From Clostridia bacterium (GTDB taxonomy: Bacteria > Bacillota > Clostridia > Oscillospirales > CAG-272), in contig JAFZET010000298.1 of NCBI GenBank assembly GCA_017560565.1, positions 1 to 47,862 of the forward strand: 47,862 bases of DNA, written 5' to 3'. The notes beneath the pieces are model-generated. The model made no database searches. It was not told where the DNA came from and was given only the letters and a program-made list of their open reading frames with translations. Of this stretch, positions 25,069-34,958 are shown in pieces (the stretch's first letter is position 1; each line of letters opens with the position of its first letter). A program made the position numbers and the translations under genes.

Positions 25069-26553
25069 ATGAGAAAGTTTATGAAAAATGCATTCATTCT
25101 GCTGCTTGCCGGTGTTATGCTTACCTCCTGCGGCAGTACAGCTGAGGTGCAGGATACCGGGACGGATGTTGTGGATCCCGCAGAAACCCAGGCGGCGGAG
25201 ACCGAAATAACCTCCGGTGTACCGTCAGATACGGATTTTGGCGGAGAACTGGTGAACATTCTGTATTCCCCCACCCAGACAGGAGATGAGATCCTGTTTG
25301 CGGCCAAAGAAGAAACAGGGGATGTTCTCAATGACGAGGTATTCAACCGGAATCTGACCGTGATGGACAAGCTGTCGGTGGAAATGGCGTTCAACATCAT
25401 TCCCAGCGGAGATATTCTGACCTTTGTCCGCAATTCCGTACAGGCTGCCGACAACAGCTTTGATATGATCACCGGTGCCCAGTACCAGCTGGTGAAAATG
25501 ATCAACGACGGTCTGTACCTGAACCTGATCGACGCACCGTATATCGATACCGACAGTCCCTGGTGGGCGGGGGAATACATCAGCAATGTCAACATCGGGA
25601 ACGACCGGCTGTACTTCCTGACCGGGGATATCACGCCCCTGTTCCTGCGCTGGATCTCCTGCTGTTATTTCAACAAGACTGTATACGAAAACAACTACGG
25701 CGATCCGGCAGAACTGTACCAGCTGGTCATGGAAGGCAAATGGACATACGACAAGCTGGCAGAACTGACCACGGGTCTGTATGTGGACAACAACATGAAC
25801 GGCAAGACGGATCCGGAAGATATGCTGGGCTACGGGCTGATCAAGTCGGCACTGACCGACTCCCTGTATCTCAACGCAGGCGCAACCTATATGGATGTCG
25901 GATCTGACGGTATGCCGGTGTTCAATCCCGTAACCGATCTGACGGTTTCCATCATGGAAGGTCTTTACTCCCTGTACTATGAAAATCCGGCGTGCTGTGT
26001 GTATGAACCCACCACTTGGGATGTGTTCAACAACGATGTGACCGCCAAGTTTGCCCAGGATGAAATGCTGTTCCTGTTCGGTTATTTCTTCACTTCCGAC
26101 TTTCTGCGGGATATGGAAAGCGATTACGGCGTAATCCCATACCCCAAGTTTGACGAATCCGTGGCAGATTACCGTGCGCTGGTACACAACGATGTGGCAC
26201 TCTGTGCGCTTCCCGTGACCTGCGGCAAGGTGGATACTGTATGTGCCGTGATGGAAGAGCTGGCATTTGAGGGATATCTGACCACTTCCCCGGCGTATTA
26301 TGAAATCGTGCTGAAGGGTAAGTATATGCGTGACTCCAGCGATGCTGCGGCTCAGCTGATCGACTCCATTCACGATCTGGCTTACACCGAAACCGGGTAT
26401 GCGTATGCTTCCATGACCGAAAGCGGCGGCTATATGCATCGTTCCCTGATCGACAAGAAATCCGGCAATATCGCTTCCCAGTGGGCATCCATTCAGTCCA
26501 AGGCAGATGCGGCGCTGGCCAAGCTGATCGAAACCTATTCCGGACTGGAATGA
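25069..26553 (+). CDS. Extracellular solute-binding-protein-like lipoprotein (about 490 aa), paralog of 1136..2608
   Basis: Lipobox LLLAGVMLTSC|GST. RBS AAAGGGGAAA. It aligns by eye with 1136..2608, for example ETGDVLNDEVFNRN against LTGELLNDAVFDRN, and GVIPYPKFD against GILPYPKYD. Confidence 0.75.
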   Translation: MRKFMKNAFILLLAGVMLTSCGSTAEVQDTGTDVVDPAETQAAETEITSGVPSDTDFGGELVNILYSPTQTGDEILFAAKEETGDVLNDEVFNRNLTVMDKLSVEMAFNIIPSGDILTFVRNSVQAADNSFDMITGAQYQLVKMINDGLYLNLIDAPYIDTDSPWWAGEYISNVNIGNDRLYFLTGDITPLFLRWISCCYFNKTVYENNYGDPAELYQLVMEGKWTYDKLAELTTGLYVDNNMNGKTDPEDMLGYGLIKSALTDSLYLNAGATYMDVGSDGMPVFNPVTDLTVSIMEGLYSLYYENPACCVYEPTTWDVFNNDVTAKFAQDEMLFLFGYFFTSDFLRDMESDYGVIPYPKFDESVADYRALVHNDVALCALPVTCGKVDTVCAVMEELAFEGYLTTSPAYYEIVLKGKYMRDSSDAAAQLIDSIHDLAYTETGYAYASMTESGGYMHRSLIDKKSGNIASQWASIQSKADAALAKLIETYSGLE

Positions 26554-26562
26554 GGCAGAGAG

Positions 26563-27042
26563 ATGGACGGAAAACTGCGATTGATGACGGCGCTGTACCT
26601 GCGGAAGGACGATAAACTCCTGATGCTGTACCGGATCGGTTCCCGTGTGGTGGAACCGTGCTGGTGCGGTGTTGGCGGTCATCTGGAACCGGAGGAGATT
26701 GGAGATGCACGGATCAGTGTGCTGAGAGAGGTCAGAGAAGAAATCGGTCTGACGGAAGAGCATATTGAAAACCTGACCCTGCGGTATGTGACACTGCGAT
26801 ACACCAAAGGTGAGATCCGTTATAATCACTACTTCTTCGCCGATCTGAAGGAGGATGCGCCCCTTTCCATGAAATGTCCGGAAGGGGTGCTGGAATGGAT
26901 CCCCATGGACAAGGTAATGGAACGGAATATGCCCTTTTCCGCAAAGTTCATGATGGAGCACTATCTGCGGGAAGGCAGATTCACCGATACTCTGTACGGC
27001 GGGATTACCACCGATGAGGGAATCGATTTCGTATCCATGTAG
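26563..27042 (+). CDS. Nudix hydrolase
   Basis: Nudix box GGHLEPEEIGDARISVLREVREEIGL, which fits GX5EX7REUXEEXGU. It lies 9 nt downstream of the lipoprotein gene. Confidence 0.85.
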   Translation: MDGKLRLMTALYLRKDDKLLMLYRIGSRVVEPCWCGVGGHLEPEEIGDARISVLREVREEIGLTEEHIENLTLRYVTLRYTKGEIRYNHYFFADLKEDAPLSMKCPEGVLEWIPMDKVMERNMPFSAKFMMEHYLREGRFTDTLYGGITTDEGIDFVSM

Positions 27043-27049
27043 TACAATA

Positions 27050-27102
27050 GAAAACCGCCGGAGACGGATCGGAAACGAACCAGTCCTCGGCGGTATTTTT
27101 TT
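27050..27102. terminator. Bidirectional terminator between convergent genes
   Basis: Stem ACCGCCG (27054-27060) pairs with CGGCGGT (27088-27094) around a structured loop. ATTTTTTT follows it and AAAA precedes it. Confidence 0.6.
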
Positions 27103-27111
27103 GTGGATCTG

Positions 27112-28185
27112 TCAGATAATTTCCAGATAATCCCGGTCAATCAGCTGGGAGCCTGCGTATACGGGTTTGTCCAGATAGAAGAACGCTGTAGACGAAATAT
27201 CGTCCTGCAGGGGCAAATACCGTCCACCGCTGCGCCAGCCCAGTGCCTGAATGGTTACACGGATATCTTCGGCAAACCGGATGGGATCGGTTACATGCCA
27301 GCGATAGAGACTGAAGCGCTGCTGGGAGTTGTACAGTCCGTCCGGGGCAAAGGGAATCATACCGGAGTAAGGGGTGCAGAAGGGTTCGTAGCGGTGCTCG
27401 TTATCGAAATTGTATGCACCGCAGAAGTAGTCTTCCGTGCCGGTGCCGCAGATGGTGGGGAATTCCTCATCCCCATCCAGGTAGAACTTGATTTCACCTT
27501 CACCCCACCAACCGGAATTGTTCACGCCCCATGCCATGTAGGTACCCACATACTGTCCTCTGCCGGAAATACCGTCCAGGATGGTGTGTACGTTCTTGTA
27601 GGGCAGGGGATTGGAACGGCGGAACTGTGCATGGAAATAACCGCAGTCTTCCGGCACTTCACATTCGGTATAGTCGATCTGGTAGTACAGGGTGAACACC
27701 TCATCCGCCAGATTTTCCACCGTGATCCGGCAGCCGGTGCGGAAGGGCATTTCCCAGTAGCAGTTCATACCGTTTCTGGGATTGTTGCACACGGCAAGGG
27801 AAGAAAGCTGCTTGAAGGTGGTGTTATAAGCATTGGCGAAGAAGTCGCCCAGCGGACATTCCACAGAGGGAATATCACTGCCGTCCCAGTAGATCCGCAG
27901 GATGGCGTACCGGGTGGGAATACCGGCGGGGGTCAGCCAGATATGCTGAATCGCACCGCTGCCCTTTATATCCGCCATGGTATAGACGGTGTGGGGGTCA
28001 ATGCGGACAGAGGGAGAGATTTTCCAACCCTGCCCCAGTTCTCTGGCACAGCCGGCACCGGTGCCGGTAGTCGCCATGCCGCCTCTGCCTTTTTCTCCGG
28101 TGGGGTTTTCGGCACAGATGGAACGGGTGCGGGCGTTGGTCATACGGGAAAGGGTAGCCATATCGGATCCGAGAATGGGATTCAT
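27112..28185 (-). CDS. DUF2961-family protein (CAZy GH172-type glycoside hydrolase candidate), cytoplasmic
   Basis: Strong RBS AAGGAGG. About 357 aa. The N-terminal pattern (ARTRSICAENPTGEKGRGG) and the double jelly-roll-like composition match my memory of DUF2961 proteins. Confidence 0.55.
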   Translation of the reverse strand: MNPILGSDMATLSRMTNARTRSICAENPTGEKGRGGMATTGTGAGCARELGQGWKISPSVRIDPHTVYTMADIKGSGAIQHIWLTPAGIPTRYAILRIYWDGSDIPSVECPLGDFFANAYNTTFKQLSSLAVCNNPRNGMNCYWEMPFRTGCRITVENLADEVFTLYYQIDYTECEVPEDCGYFHAQFRRSNPLPYKNVHTILDGISGRGQYVGTYMAWGVNNSGWWGEGEIKFYLDGDEEFPTICGTGTEDYFCGAYNFDNEHRYEPFCTPYSGMIPFAPDGLYNSQQRFSLYRWHVTDPIRFAEDIRVTIQALGWRSGGRYLPLQDDISSTAFFYLDKPVYAGSQLIDRDYLEII

Positions 28186-28202
28186 AACTGCCTCCTTTAT
28201 AT

Positions 28203-28243
28203 TTTAAGAATGGGGGAAGTATGCGGATACCATAACTTCCCCC
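28203..28243 (-). terminator. Probable terminator after the GH2 gene
   Basis: Minus strand reads GGGGGAAGT-14 nt-ACTTCCCCC, a 9-bp stem, followed by a weak T-run (ATTCTTAAAAT). Confidence 0.45.
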
Positions 28244-28252
28244 GTTGTTGTT

Positions 28253-30571
28253 TTATCTCAGCGGCAGACCGGCCTTCTTTGCGCAGTCCACATAGTAATC
28301 GTAATCGATGTCGATGATGTTGGTGAAATAGTGGTTCATGCCATCGGTTTCGCCGTCATTCCACAGGATGGTGTAGAACTTCTTTTCCTCACCCACAGGC
28401 ATATACCATACAGGTACACTGGTGTCAGACTTCACCACGCAGGTGGATTCGATCACCACATTGCCCATATCATCCAGCACCTTGTAGGTCAGGGTCTTGT
28501 CTTCTCTGGTATCGTTGACTGCGTGCAGTGCCGCCATGCCGTTTTCGGGTTCGTTGAACATCATGCAGACAGGCTGCTGGGAATTTTTGATGTACCAGTA
28601 CGCCAGCTTTTTGTCCAGATAGTAGTCCACGATAGCGTCGGAGATCTGCGGCCAGCCGTCGATCAGGTTCCACCAGATGATGCCGGTTCTGCGCCACTTG
28701 GTCAGACGGAACCGTTCAATGAAGTATTTCTTGGCTTCCGCCTGGGAGATCTGGCTGGCCTGAGAGAAGGTGGCGAGATCCGCAGTGGCTTTTCCTTCGC
28801 CGAACAGGGTCACAACCTGATTCCACATCAGGCGGATACGGTAGCCGTAGGGTTCACTTTCGGCGGGGATCATGCAGGCGGCGTGACAGAGCCAGTCGGT
28901 CTGACCCAGGCAGGGCCACAGCTGTTCGGGAGAGATGTATTTCGCCAGAGATTCCGGAGAAGGACAACCGTGATAACCGGTTTCGGAAGCGAAATGGCAG
29001 ATGGTGTTTTTGTAGTAATTGCCCTTGAAATAGTCACGGGGACCCCACAGATGGTCTTCGGAAATACCGCCGCCGTCACCTCTTGCACCGGCTGCATGGG
29101 CTTCTTCGTCCACATAGGGGGAGGAGGGCAGATACGGTCTGGTATAGTCCAGAGAACGGATGGCTTCCGGCAGTACTTTTCTGGTCAGTGCGTTCTGGTT
29201 GGGGTCACGACCCTCGCCGCCCCAGGCATAGCTGCAGTCACATTCGTTGTCGCCTGCCCAAAGCACGATACTGGGATGGTGCCGCAGGAGCTTGATGATG
29301 GCACGGGCTTCCTTGCCAAGAGCTTCCTGGAACCAGTCGTCCTGGGGATAGATGGCGCAGGCCATGGCAAAGTCCTGCCATACCATGATCCCGTGTTCGT
29401 CACAGTAATCGTAGAAGATTTCGTTTTCGTATACATTGCCGCCCCAGCAGCGCACGATGTTGCAGCCGATGTCAGACAGCATGGGCAGGATCTGCGGCAG
29501 TCTTTCTTCATCTCTGGAATGGTATGCGTCTACCGGTACCCAGTTGGAACCCATGGCGAAGATCTTCTTTCCGTTCACATGGAAACAGAATTCCCCGTCA
29601 CCGTTCTTGTTGGTGCGGCTGGTACGATCCAGTACCACCTGACGGATACCGGTCTTCTTTTCATAAGTGTGGATCAGCTCGCCCTTGAAGTACAGTTCAC
29701 CCACCATATTATACAGATTGGGATCACCGTAATTGTGAGGCCACCACAGCTTGGGACTTGCCACATGGGTGGTCGCATTTCCTGCGGTGTGCCACAGGGG
29801 AATGGTCCAGCCAAAGGAGGAATCGCCGCAGGTGCAGGTTACTTTCAGGGTGTAGTCCCGGATGTCCCCGGCGGGGATGCGGCAGTTGTATACCATCTTG
29901 ACAAAGGCGCTGTTTTCATCCGCACGATTGGTCTGCAGGAAAAGATCCTTGATGCTTCCCTTGGGCAGTCTGTCGATGTATACGTGCTTCCAGATCCCGG
30001 CAGATACGGCGCGGGGCATGATATCCCAGCCGTACTGAGAGGGAGCCTTACGGATGTACAGGGAGTCCGCATTGTACTTCATGCCGCTTGCATAAGGATC
30101 CTGTTCAATCTCACGGGCTTTGATCACGGCAGGGGTAAAGTGAACCACCATTTCATGCTCGCCGTCCGCCAGCTTGGGCAGATCAAAGACAACGGGCACA
30201 AACATATTGTCACTTTCCGCCACCAGCTTGCCATCGATGTATACCTGTGCGAAGCAGTCCAGCCCTTCAAACACCACTACATCGTCCAGTGCGGGATCAG
30301 CCTTATACTCAAAGGTACGATAGTAGAACAGGTGCATGGTTTCATAGGGATAGAGCTTGTAGATGTTCTGTGCATAGAAAATTTCCGGCACAACACCGGC
30401 TCTTTCCAGATCCAGCTCAAAGTTGCCGGGAACCACAGCGGGTACGGTTTTCATGCCGGAGGCACGGATTGCCTCTGCGGTGGAGAGACCGGCATCGATC
30501 TCTCCGTGCTGACCGTAAGACAGTGTCCAGTTTCCGTCCAGGGAAAATACAGCATTGGATTTTTTAATCAT
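28253..30571 (-). CDS. Beta-mannosidase-like glycoside hydrolase family 2 (cytoplasmic)
   Basis: Start at ATG 30571 (MIKKSNAVFSLDGNWTL) after AAAGGAAA. GH2 beta-mannosidase-type blocks NIVRCWGGNVYE, VWQDFAMACAIYPQ and LWAGDNE. There is no signal peptide. Confidence 0.8.
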   Translation of the reverse strand: MIKKSNAVFSLDGNWTLSYGQHGEIDAGLSTAEAIRASGMKTVPAVVPGNFELDLERAGVVPEIFYAQNIYKLYPYETMHLFYYRTFEYKADPALDDVVVFEGLDCFAQVYIDGKLVAESDNMFVPVVFDLPKLADGEHEMVVHFTPAVIKAREIEQDPYASGMKYNADSLYIRKAPSQYGWDIMPRAVSAGIWKHVYIDRLPKGSIKDLFLQTNRADENSAFVKMVYNCRIPAGDIRDYTLKVTCTCGDSSFGWTIPLWHTAGNATTHVASPKLWWPHNYGDPNLYNMVGELYFKGELIHTYEKKTGIRQVVLDRTSRTNKNGDGEFCFHVNGKKIFAMGSNWVPVDAYHSRDEERLPQILPMLSDIGCNIVRCWGGNVYENEIFYDYCDEHGIMVWQDFAMACAIYPQDDWFQEALGKEARAIIKLLRHHPSIVLWAGDNECDCSYAWGGEGRDPNQNALTRKVLPEAIRSLDYTRPYLPSSPYVDEEAHAAGARGDGGGISEDHLWGPRDYFKGNYYKNTICHFASETGYHGCPSPESLAKYISPEQLWPCLGQTDWLCHAACMIPAESEPYGYRIRLMWNQVVTLFGEGKATADLATFSQASQISQAEAKKYFIERFRLTKWRRTGIIWWNLIDGWPQISDAIVDYYLDKKLAYWYIKNSQQPVCMMFNEPENGMAALHAVNDTREDKTLTYKVLDDMGNVVIESTCVVKSDTSVPVWYMPVGEEKKFYTILWNDGETDGMNHYFTNIIDIDYDYYVDCAKKAGLPLR

Positions 30572-30619
30572 AAGGATTTCCTTTCCTGCTTGCGCATGGG
30601 AGTCAGATTGGTTAGTATT

Positions 30620-30648
30620 AGTATAATGATCCGCCGGAAAAAAGTCAA
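30620..30648 (-). promoter_or_regulatory. SigmaA-type promoter for the GH2 gene
   Basis: Minus strand reads TTGACT (30648-30643), a 17-nt spacer, then TATACT (30625-30620). Confidence 0.5.
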
Positions 30649-30677
30649 GAGGAGGAAGAAAAAATGACGGAAAATAG

Positions 30678-30706
30678 TTGCATTCTTCCATTCCTGCCTG
30701 TATAAT
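30678..30706 (+). promoter_or_regulatory. SigmaA-type promoter for the beta-helix/Gfo operon
   Basis: TTGCAT (30678-30683), a 17-nt spacer, then TATAAT (30701-30706). Confidence 0.55.
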
Positions 30707-30777
30707 ATGGATAAGCCATCTGCCCATGCGGACGTTTGCAGGGCAGATTTCATTCAACAAAGTATGGAGGTCATGTT

Positions 30778-32733
30778 ATGCTCCCTATCACAAAGCCATT
30801 CACCATTACCAGAATTCCGGCTGCAAATCCCGCAGAAATTGTTGCCGCTCTTGCCGAAATTGCCGGAATCCGGGCGACAGGTGCAGGACAGCCCATCACC
30901 ATCGAACTGGCAGCCGGAGACTATTTCCTGCCGGATACCATACGGATCGGGGCAGAAGTATCGGCTGTAACCATCGAACCGGCATCCGGTGCAAAAGTTC
31001 GCTTTTTCGGCGGCGTCCGTGTGACCGGCTTTACGGAAGATACCTACAACGGCACGCCTTGCCTCTCTGCTCCCATCCCGAAAGCAGCGGACGGATCCTT
31101 CCTGCAGTTCAGTGATTTTTATGTGAACGGTACCCGGGGTGACTACACCCGGTATCCCGAAGAAGGGTATCTGTATCCGGTGGATGTGGAAAACAAGGAA
31201 GGACAGCTGTTCTCCGGATCCCACTGGTTCATTGCCGCACCGGGGGATTTCCCGAAAGGCATGAAGAACCCGGAGCAGGTCATCGTCAGCTACTGCCATT
31301 ACTGGATTGACGAACATTCCCCCATTGCGGATTATGATGAGGAAACCGGTAAGGTGACCTTTGCCTACTGCTCCCGATTCAATATAGCCGGCGGTAAGGG
31401 AACCTCCAGCGGTCTGGAATACTATCTGGAAAACGTGGCGGAAACCTTTGGTAAGCCCAATCAGTGGTATGCTGACGAAGGACGGATCTACTATGTTCCC
31501 CGTGACGCATCCATCACCCCCGAGACCATTGACGCATACATTCCCACCATTCACCAGCTGTTCGATATCAGTGGAACACCCGAAAAGCCCGTGAAGCATA
31601 TCATCATCCGGGGCATCGACATGGCTGTGATAAAAGGAGATTACGGTTCTCTGGGCAGCACATCCGGTAAGAGAGAAGCCGAACAGTACGCCTCCGATCC
31701 CCAGGCAGTGTCCAATGCAGGCGGTTCCATCCGGTTCGCCTATGCCTCTGACTGTGCGGTGGAAGATGGTTCTCTGAAAAACTACGGTCTCCACGGTGTA
31801 TCTATTGAAAACGGCTGTGCGGGGATCCGCATTTCCGGCGTGACCTTCCGGGACGGCGGTGCGGGCGGTGTCCGTATGGTGGGCGGTGCCCATGGTGCTC
31901 CTGCCTGCGAAGAGACTCACGACTGCATCGTGGAAGACTGCGTAATCGACCACTGCGGCAGACGGTATTTCGCAGCCTGCGGCGTGCTGATGATGCACAC
32001 ATGGCGGTGCACCGTAACCCACTGTGATATCGGGTATCTGTATTACACCGGCGTATCCTGCGGCTGGGTATGGGGATATGCCCCCAACAATGCCCACGAC
32101 AACCGGATCACAAAGAATCACATCCACCATCTTGGTATGGGTATGCTGTCTGACATGGGCGGTGTGTATCTGCTGGGTCTGCAGCCCGGTACGATTGTCT
32201 CAGGCAATGTGATCCATGATGTATATTCCAAGAACTACGGCGGCTGGGCTCTGTATACCGATGAGGGTTCGTCTTTCATGATTCTGGAAAACAATGTCTG
32301 CTATAACACCAGCGACAATGCGTACCACCAGCACTACGGCTCCATGAATACCGTCCGCAACAATATTTTCGCCTTTGCGGATGAAGCCATTTTCCGGGTA
32401 TCCCGTCCGGAAGAGCACATGTGCATCCTGTCCGAAAACAATATCTATTACACCAAGGGTGCGCCCTTCTACCGTCTGGAACAGGGGCATCTGGACAACC
32501 GCACCGTAACTGCCCGGAACAACCTGCTGTGGGATACGGAAGGGAAGTTCCAGTTCCGGAAGGATATGCCGCTTTCCGACGGACAGGCGCTGGGCTTTGA
32601 CGCAGACAGCTGTGTTGCCGATCCGAAATTTGCCGATCCGGAAAACGGTGATTTCACCCTGGCGGAAGATTCCTCCGCATACAAAATGGGCTTTAAGAAG
32701 ATTGATATCTCCGATGTGGGTCCCAGAAAATAA
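30778..32733 (+). CDS. Right-handed parallel beta-helix repeat protein (pectin-lyase fold; candidate glycan-active enzyme)
   Basis: ATG at 30778 lies 7 nt after GGAGG. Recurrent beta-helix rungs of about 22-25 aa with G/N/D-rich turns (NGCAGIRISGVTFRDGGAGGVRM, VIDHCGRRYFAACGVLM, HCDIGYLYYTGVSCGW, GNVIHDVYS). There is no signal peptide. Confidence 0.65.
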   Translation: MLPITKPFTITRIPAANPAEIVAALAEIAGIRATGAGQPITIELAAGDYFLPDTIRIGAEVSAVTIEPASGAKVRFFGGVRVTGFTEDTYNGTPCLSAPIPKAADGSFLQFSDFYVNGTRGDYTRYPEEGYLYPVDVENKEGQLFSGSHWFIAAPGDFPKGMKNPEQVIVSYCHYWIDEHSPIADYDEETGKVTFAYCSRFNIAGGKGTSSGLEYYLENVAETFGKPNQWYADEGRIYYVPRDASITPETIDAYIPTIHQLFDISGTPEKPVKHIIIRGIDMAVIKGDYGSLGSTSGKREAEQYASDPQAVSNAGGSIRFAYASDCAVEDGSLKNYGLHGVSIENGCAGIRISGVTFRDGGAGGVRMVGGAHGAPACEETHDCIVEDCVIDHCGRRYFAACGVLMMHTWRCTVTHCDIGYLYYTGVSCGWVWGYAPNNAHDNRITKNHIHHLGMGMLSDMGGVYLLGLQPGTIVSGNVIHDVYSKNYGGWALYTDEGSSFMILENNVCYNTSDNAYHQHYGSMNTVRNNIFAFADEAIFRVSRPEEHMCILSENNIYYTKGAPFYRLEQGHLDNRTVTARNNLLWDTEGKFQFRKDMPLSDGQALGFDADSCVADPKFADPENGDFTLAEDSSAYKMGFKKIDISDVGPRK

Positions 32734-32779
32734 GTAGGAAGTAAGAAATCAGAGATAAGATGTACGAAGGGAGTTTGTT

Positions 32780-33844
32780 ATGGCATTCAAAGTTGGGTTT
32801 ATCGGGTTCGGCGGTATGATTTCCGGATACCATCTGGGTACGATCTGCCGGGATGATGTTCCTTTTGAAGCGGTTGCGGCATTTGATATCGATCCGAACA
32901 GACGGGCTGCCGCAGTAGAAAAAGGTCTGATAGCATACGATACTCTGGAAGATTTTCTTTCAGCCGGCGGGTATGATCTGGTGGTGGTGGGTACAGCCAA
33001 CAATTACCACTGCGAAATGGCGTGCCGGGCTATGGAAGCGGGATTCAATGTAATGGTAGAAAAACCGGCTGCCAGAAATACGGTGGAACTGGAAAAGATG
33101 ATCGAAACTTCCGAAAAGACCGGAAAGCTGTTTACCGTACACCAGAATCGCAGATGGGACCCGGACTTTCTGAAGATCCGTCAGGCCATCGAAGACGGTG
33201 TGATCGGCAAGCCCTATATGATCGAATCCCGGATCCATTCCCCAAACGGAAACGGCGATATGTATGGCTGGCGTGCCATGAACGACCACGGCGGCGGGAT
33301 GCTGCTGGACTGGGGCGTACATATGCTGGACCAGGTGCTGTATATGATTGACGAACCCATCAAAACCGTTTCCGCCAATGTGTTCTCCCTGTGGTCTGAG
33401 GAAGTGGATGACTATGCCAAGGTAATTATCACATTCCGGAGCGGACTGGCGGCACAGGTGGAAGTGGTGACATACTCCCCCATTGCCGAAGCTCGCTGGA
33501 ATGTATACGGTGACAGAGGCGCCATGACCATGCAGGAGATGGGGGCTCCCGCCATTCATGTACGCCGGATCAAAGAAGACCGGTTTGCAAAACATCAGGC
33601 GGACGCTTTTGAAGATTACAAGGTGGTCATGAGAGAACACCGCCGTCATTTCATTGACGAGTTTGAAGAATTCGATACCGACAAGACTCCCGGCGGCGGC
33701 TGGCATTCCCTGTACCAGAATCTGGGCGGCGTGCTTGCCGGTACGGAAGAGCTGATCGTAAAGCCCGCACAGGTACTCCGGTGCATGAAGGTGATCGAAG
33801 CGGCGTTTAAGTCATCCCGTGAAGGCGTGACCGTGCAGTTCTGA
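32780..33844 (+). CDS. Gfo/Idh/MocA family NAD(P)-dependent oxidoreductase
   Basis: N-terminal Rossmann motif VGFIGFGGMISGYH, the EKP motif (MVEKPAA), and the typical length of about 350 aa. Confidence 0.85.
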   Translation: MAFKVGFIGFGGMISGYHLGTICRDDVPFEAVAAFDIDPNRRAAAVEKGLIAYDTLEDFLSAGGYDLVVVGTANNYHCEMACRAMEAGFNVMVEKPAARNTVELEKMIETSEKTGKLFTVHQNRRWDPDFLKIRQAIEDGVIGKPYMIESRIHSPNGNGDMYGWRAMNDHGGGMLLDWGVHMLDQVLYMIDEPIKTVSANVFSLWSEEVDDYAKVIITFRSGLAAQVEVVTYSPIAEARWNVYGDRGAMTMQEMGAPAIHVRRIKEDRFAKHQADAFEDYKVVMREHRRHFIDEFEEFDTDKTPGGGWHSLYQNLGGVLAGTEELIVKPAQVLRCMKVIEAAFKSSREGVTVQF

Positions 33845-33860
33845 AACACAAAAGCATAAC

Positions 33861-33908
33861 AAAAGGACTTGTTACAGGGTTTTCATCCTGCGGCAAGTCC
33901 TTTACTTT
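33861..33908. terminator. Bidirectional terminator between convergent genes
   Basis: Stem GGACTTG (33865-33871) pairs with CAAGTCC (33894-33900), flanked by AAAA upstream and TTTACTTTTTATTTT downstream. Confidence 0.6.
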
Positions 33909-34937
33909 TTATTTTACCGACCGTTCTCCGGACAGTACCAGTTTATAGTCTTCGTAATTCTTCTTCAGCAGTGCGGGAATGTCCAGTTCATAGGGACATC
34001 TGGTTTTGCACAGTCCGCAGCCGATGCATTCCGTGGTTTTTTCCATTTCAGCCTGCCAGTATTCGTTGAGCCAGCCGGCGGAAGGAGCACGGCGGATCAT
34101 CAGGGAGATTCTGGCGCACTGGTTGATGGTGATCTCTTTGGGGCAGGGCATACAGTATCCGCATCCCCGGCAGAAATCCGCACCCATGGACGCCTTATCC
34201 GCTTCGATGACCGCAGTCATGGCGTCATCCATTTCCGGTATGCCCATCATGAAGGAAAGCCACTGATCCAGCTCCCATTCCTTCTGCACACCCCAGATGG
34301 GAAGTACATTGTCAAACTGCGCAATATACGCCATAGCTGCTGCCGCATTGGTGATCAGCCCGCCCGCAATGGCCTTCATGGCAATAAAACCTACGTCCGC
34401 TTTCCGGCACTTTTCCACAAGATCGATTTCTCTCTGTCCCGACAGGTAGCTGAAGGGGAACTGCAGGGTGGCGTACAGACCGGAGTCCACAGCTTCTTCT
34501 GCCACACCGATTTTATGTGCCGTGATCCCGATGTGCCGGATCATGCCCTGCCGCTTGAAATCTTCCATGGTCTCATACATACCGGTACCGTCTCCGGGGC
34601 GGAAGCACTGAGACGCCATGTGGAACTGATAGATATCCACGTAATCGGTTTTCAGATTGGTCAGAGATGTTTCCAGATGTCTCTTCATTTCATCCGGAGT
34701 GGATGCGCCTGTTTTGGTGGCGATGAAAATTTTCTCACGTACATCGGAGAGGGCGATTCCCATCTTCACTTCGCTGTCGGTATAGGCTCTGGCGGTATCA
34801 AAGAAGGTCATACCTCCCTTATAAGCCTTGCGCAGCAGCATAACGGCGGTTTCCGTATCGTCTCTCTGGATGGGAAGGGCGCCGAATGCATTCTGTGGGG
34901 TAACGATTTCCGTTCTCCCCAGTCTCATTTGTCTCAT
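33909..34937 (-). CDS. Aldo/keto reductase with a C-terminal 4Fe-4S ferredoxin-type domain
   Basis: AKR N-terminal fold (FFDTARAYTDSE, DVYQFH-like DIYQFH) followed by two Cys clusters, CRGCGYCMPCP and CIGCGLCKTRCP. Confidence 0.8.
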   Translation of the reverse strand: MRQMRLGRTEIVTPQNAFGALPIQRDDTETAVMLLRKAYKGGMTFFDTARAYTDSEVKMGIALSDVREKIFIATKTGASTPDEMKRHLETSLTNLKTDYVDIYQFHMASQCFRPGDGTGMYETMEDFKRQGMIRHIGITAHKIGVAEEAVDSGLYATLQFPFSYLSGQREIDLVEKCRKADVGFIAMKAIAGGLITNAAAAMAYIAQFDNVLPIWGVQKEWELDQWLSFMMGIPEMDDAMTAVIEADKASMGADFCRGCGYCMPCPKEITINQCARISLMIRRAPSAGWLNEYWQAEMEKTTECIGCGLCKTRCPYELDIPALLKKNYEDYKLVLSGERSVK

Positions 34938-34958
34938 AGCGATATATCCTTTGCGATG

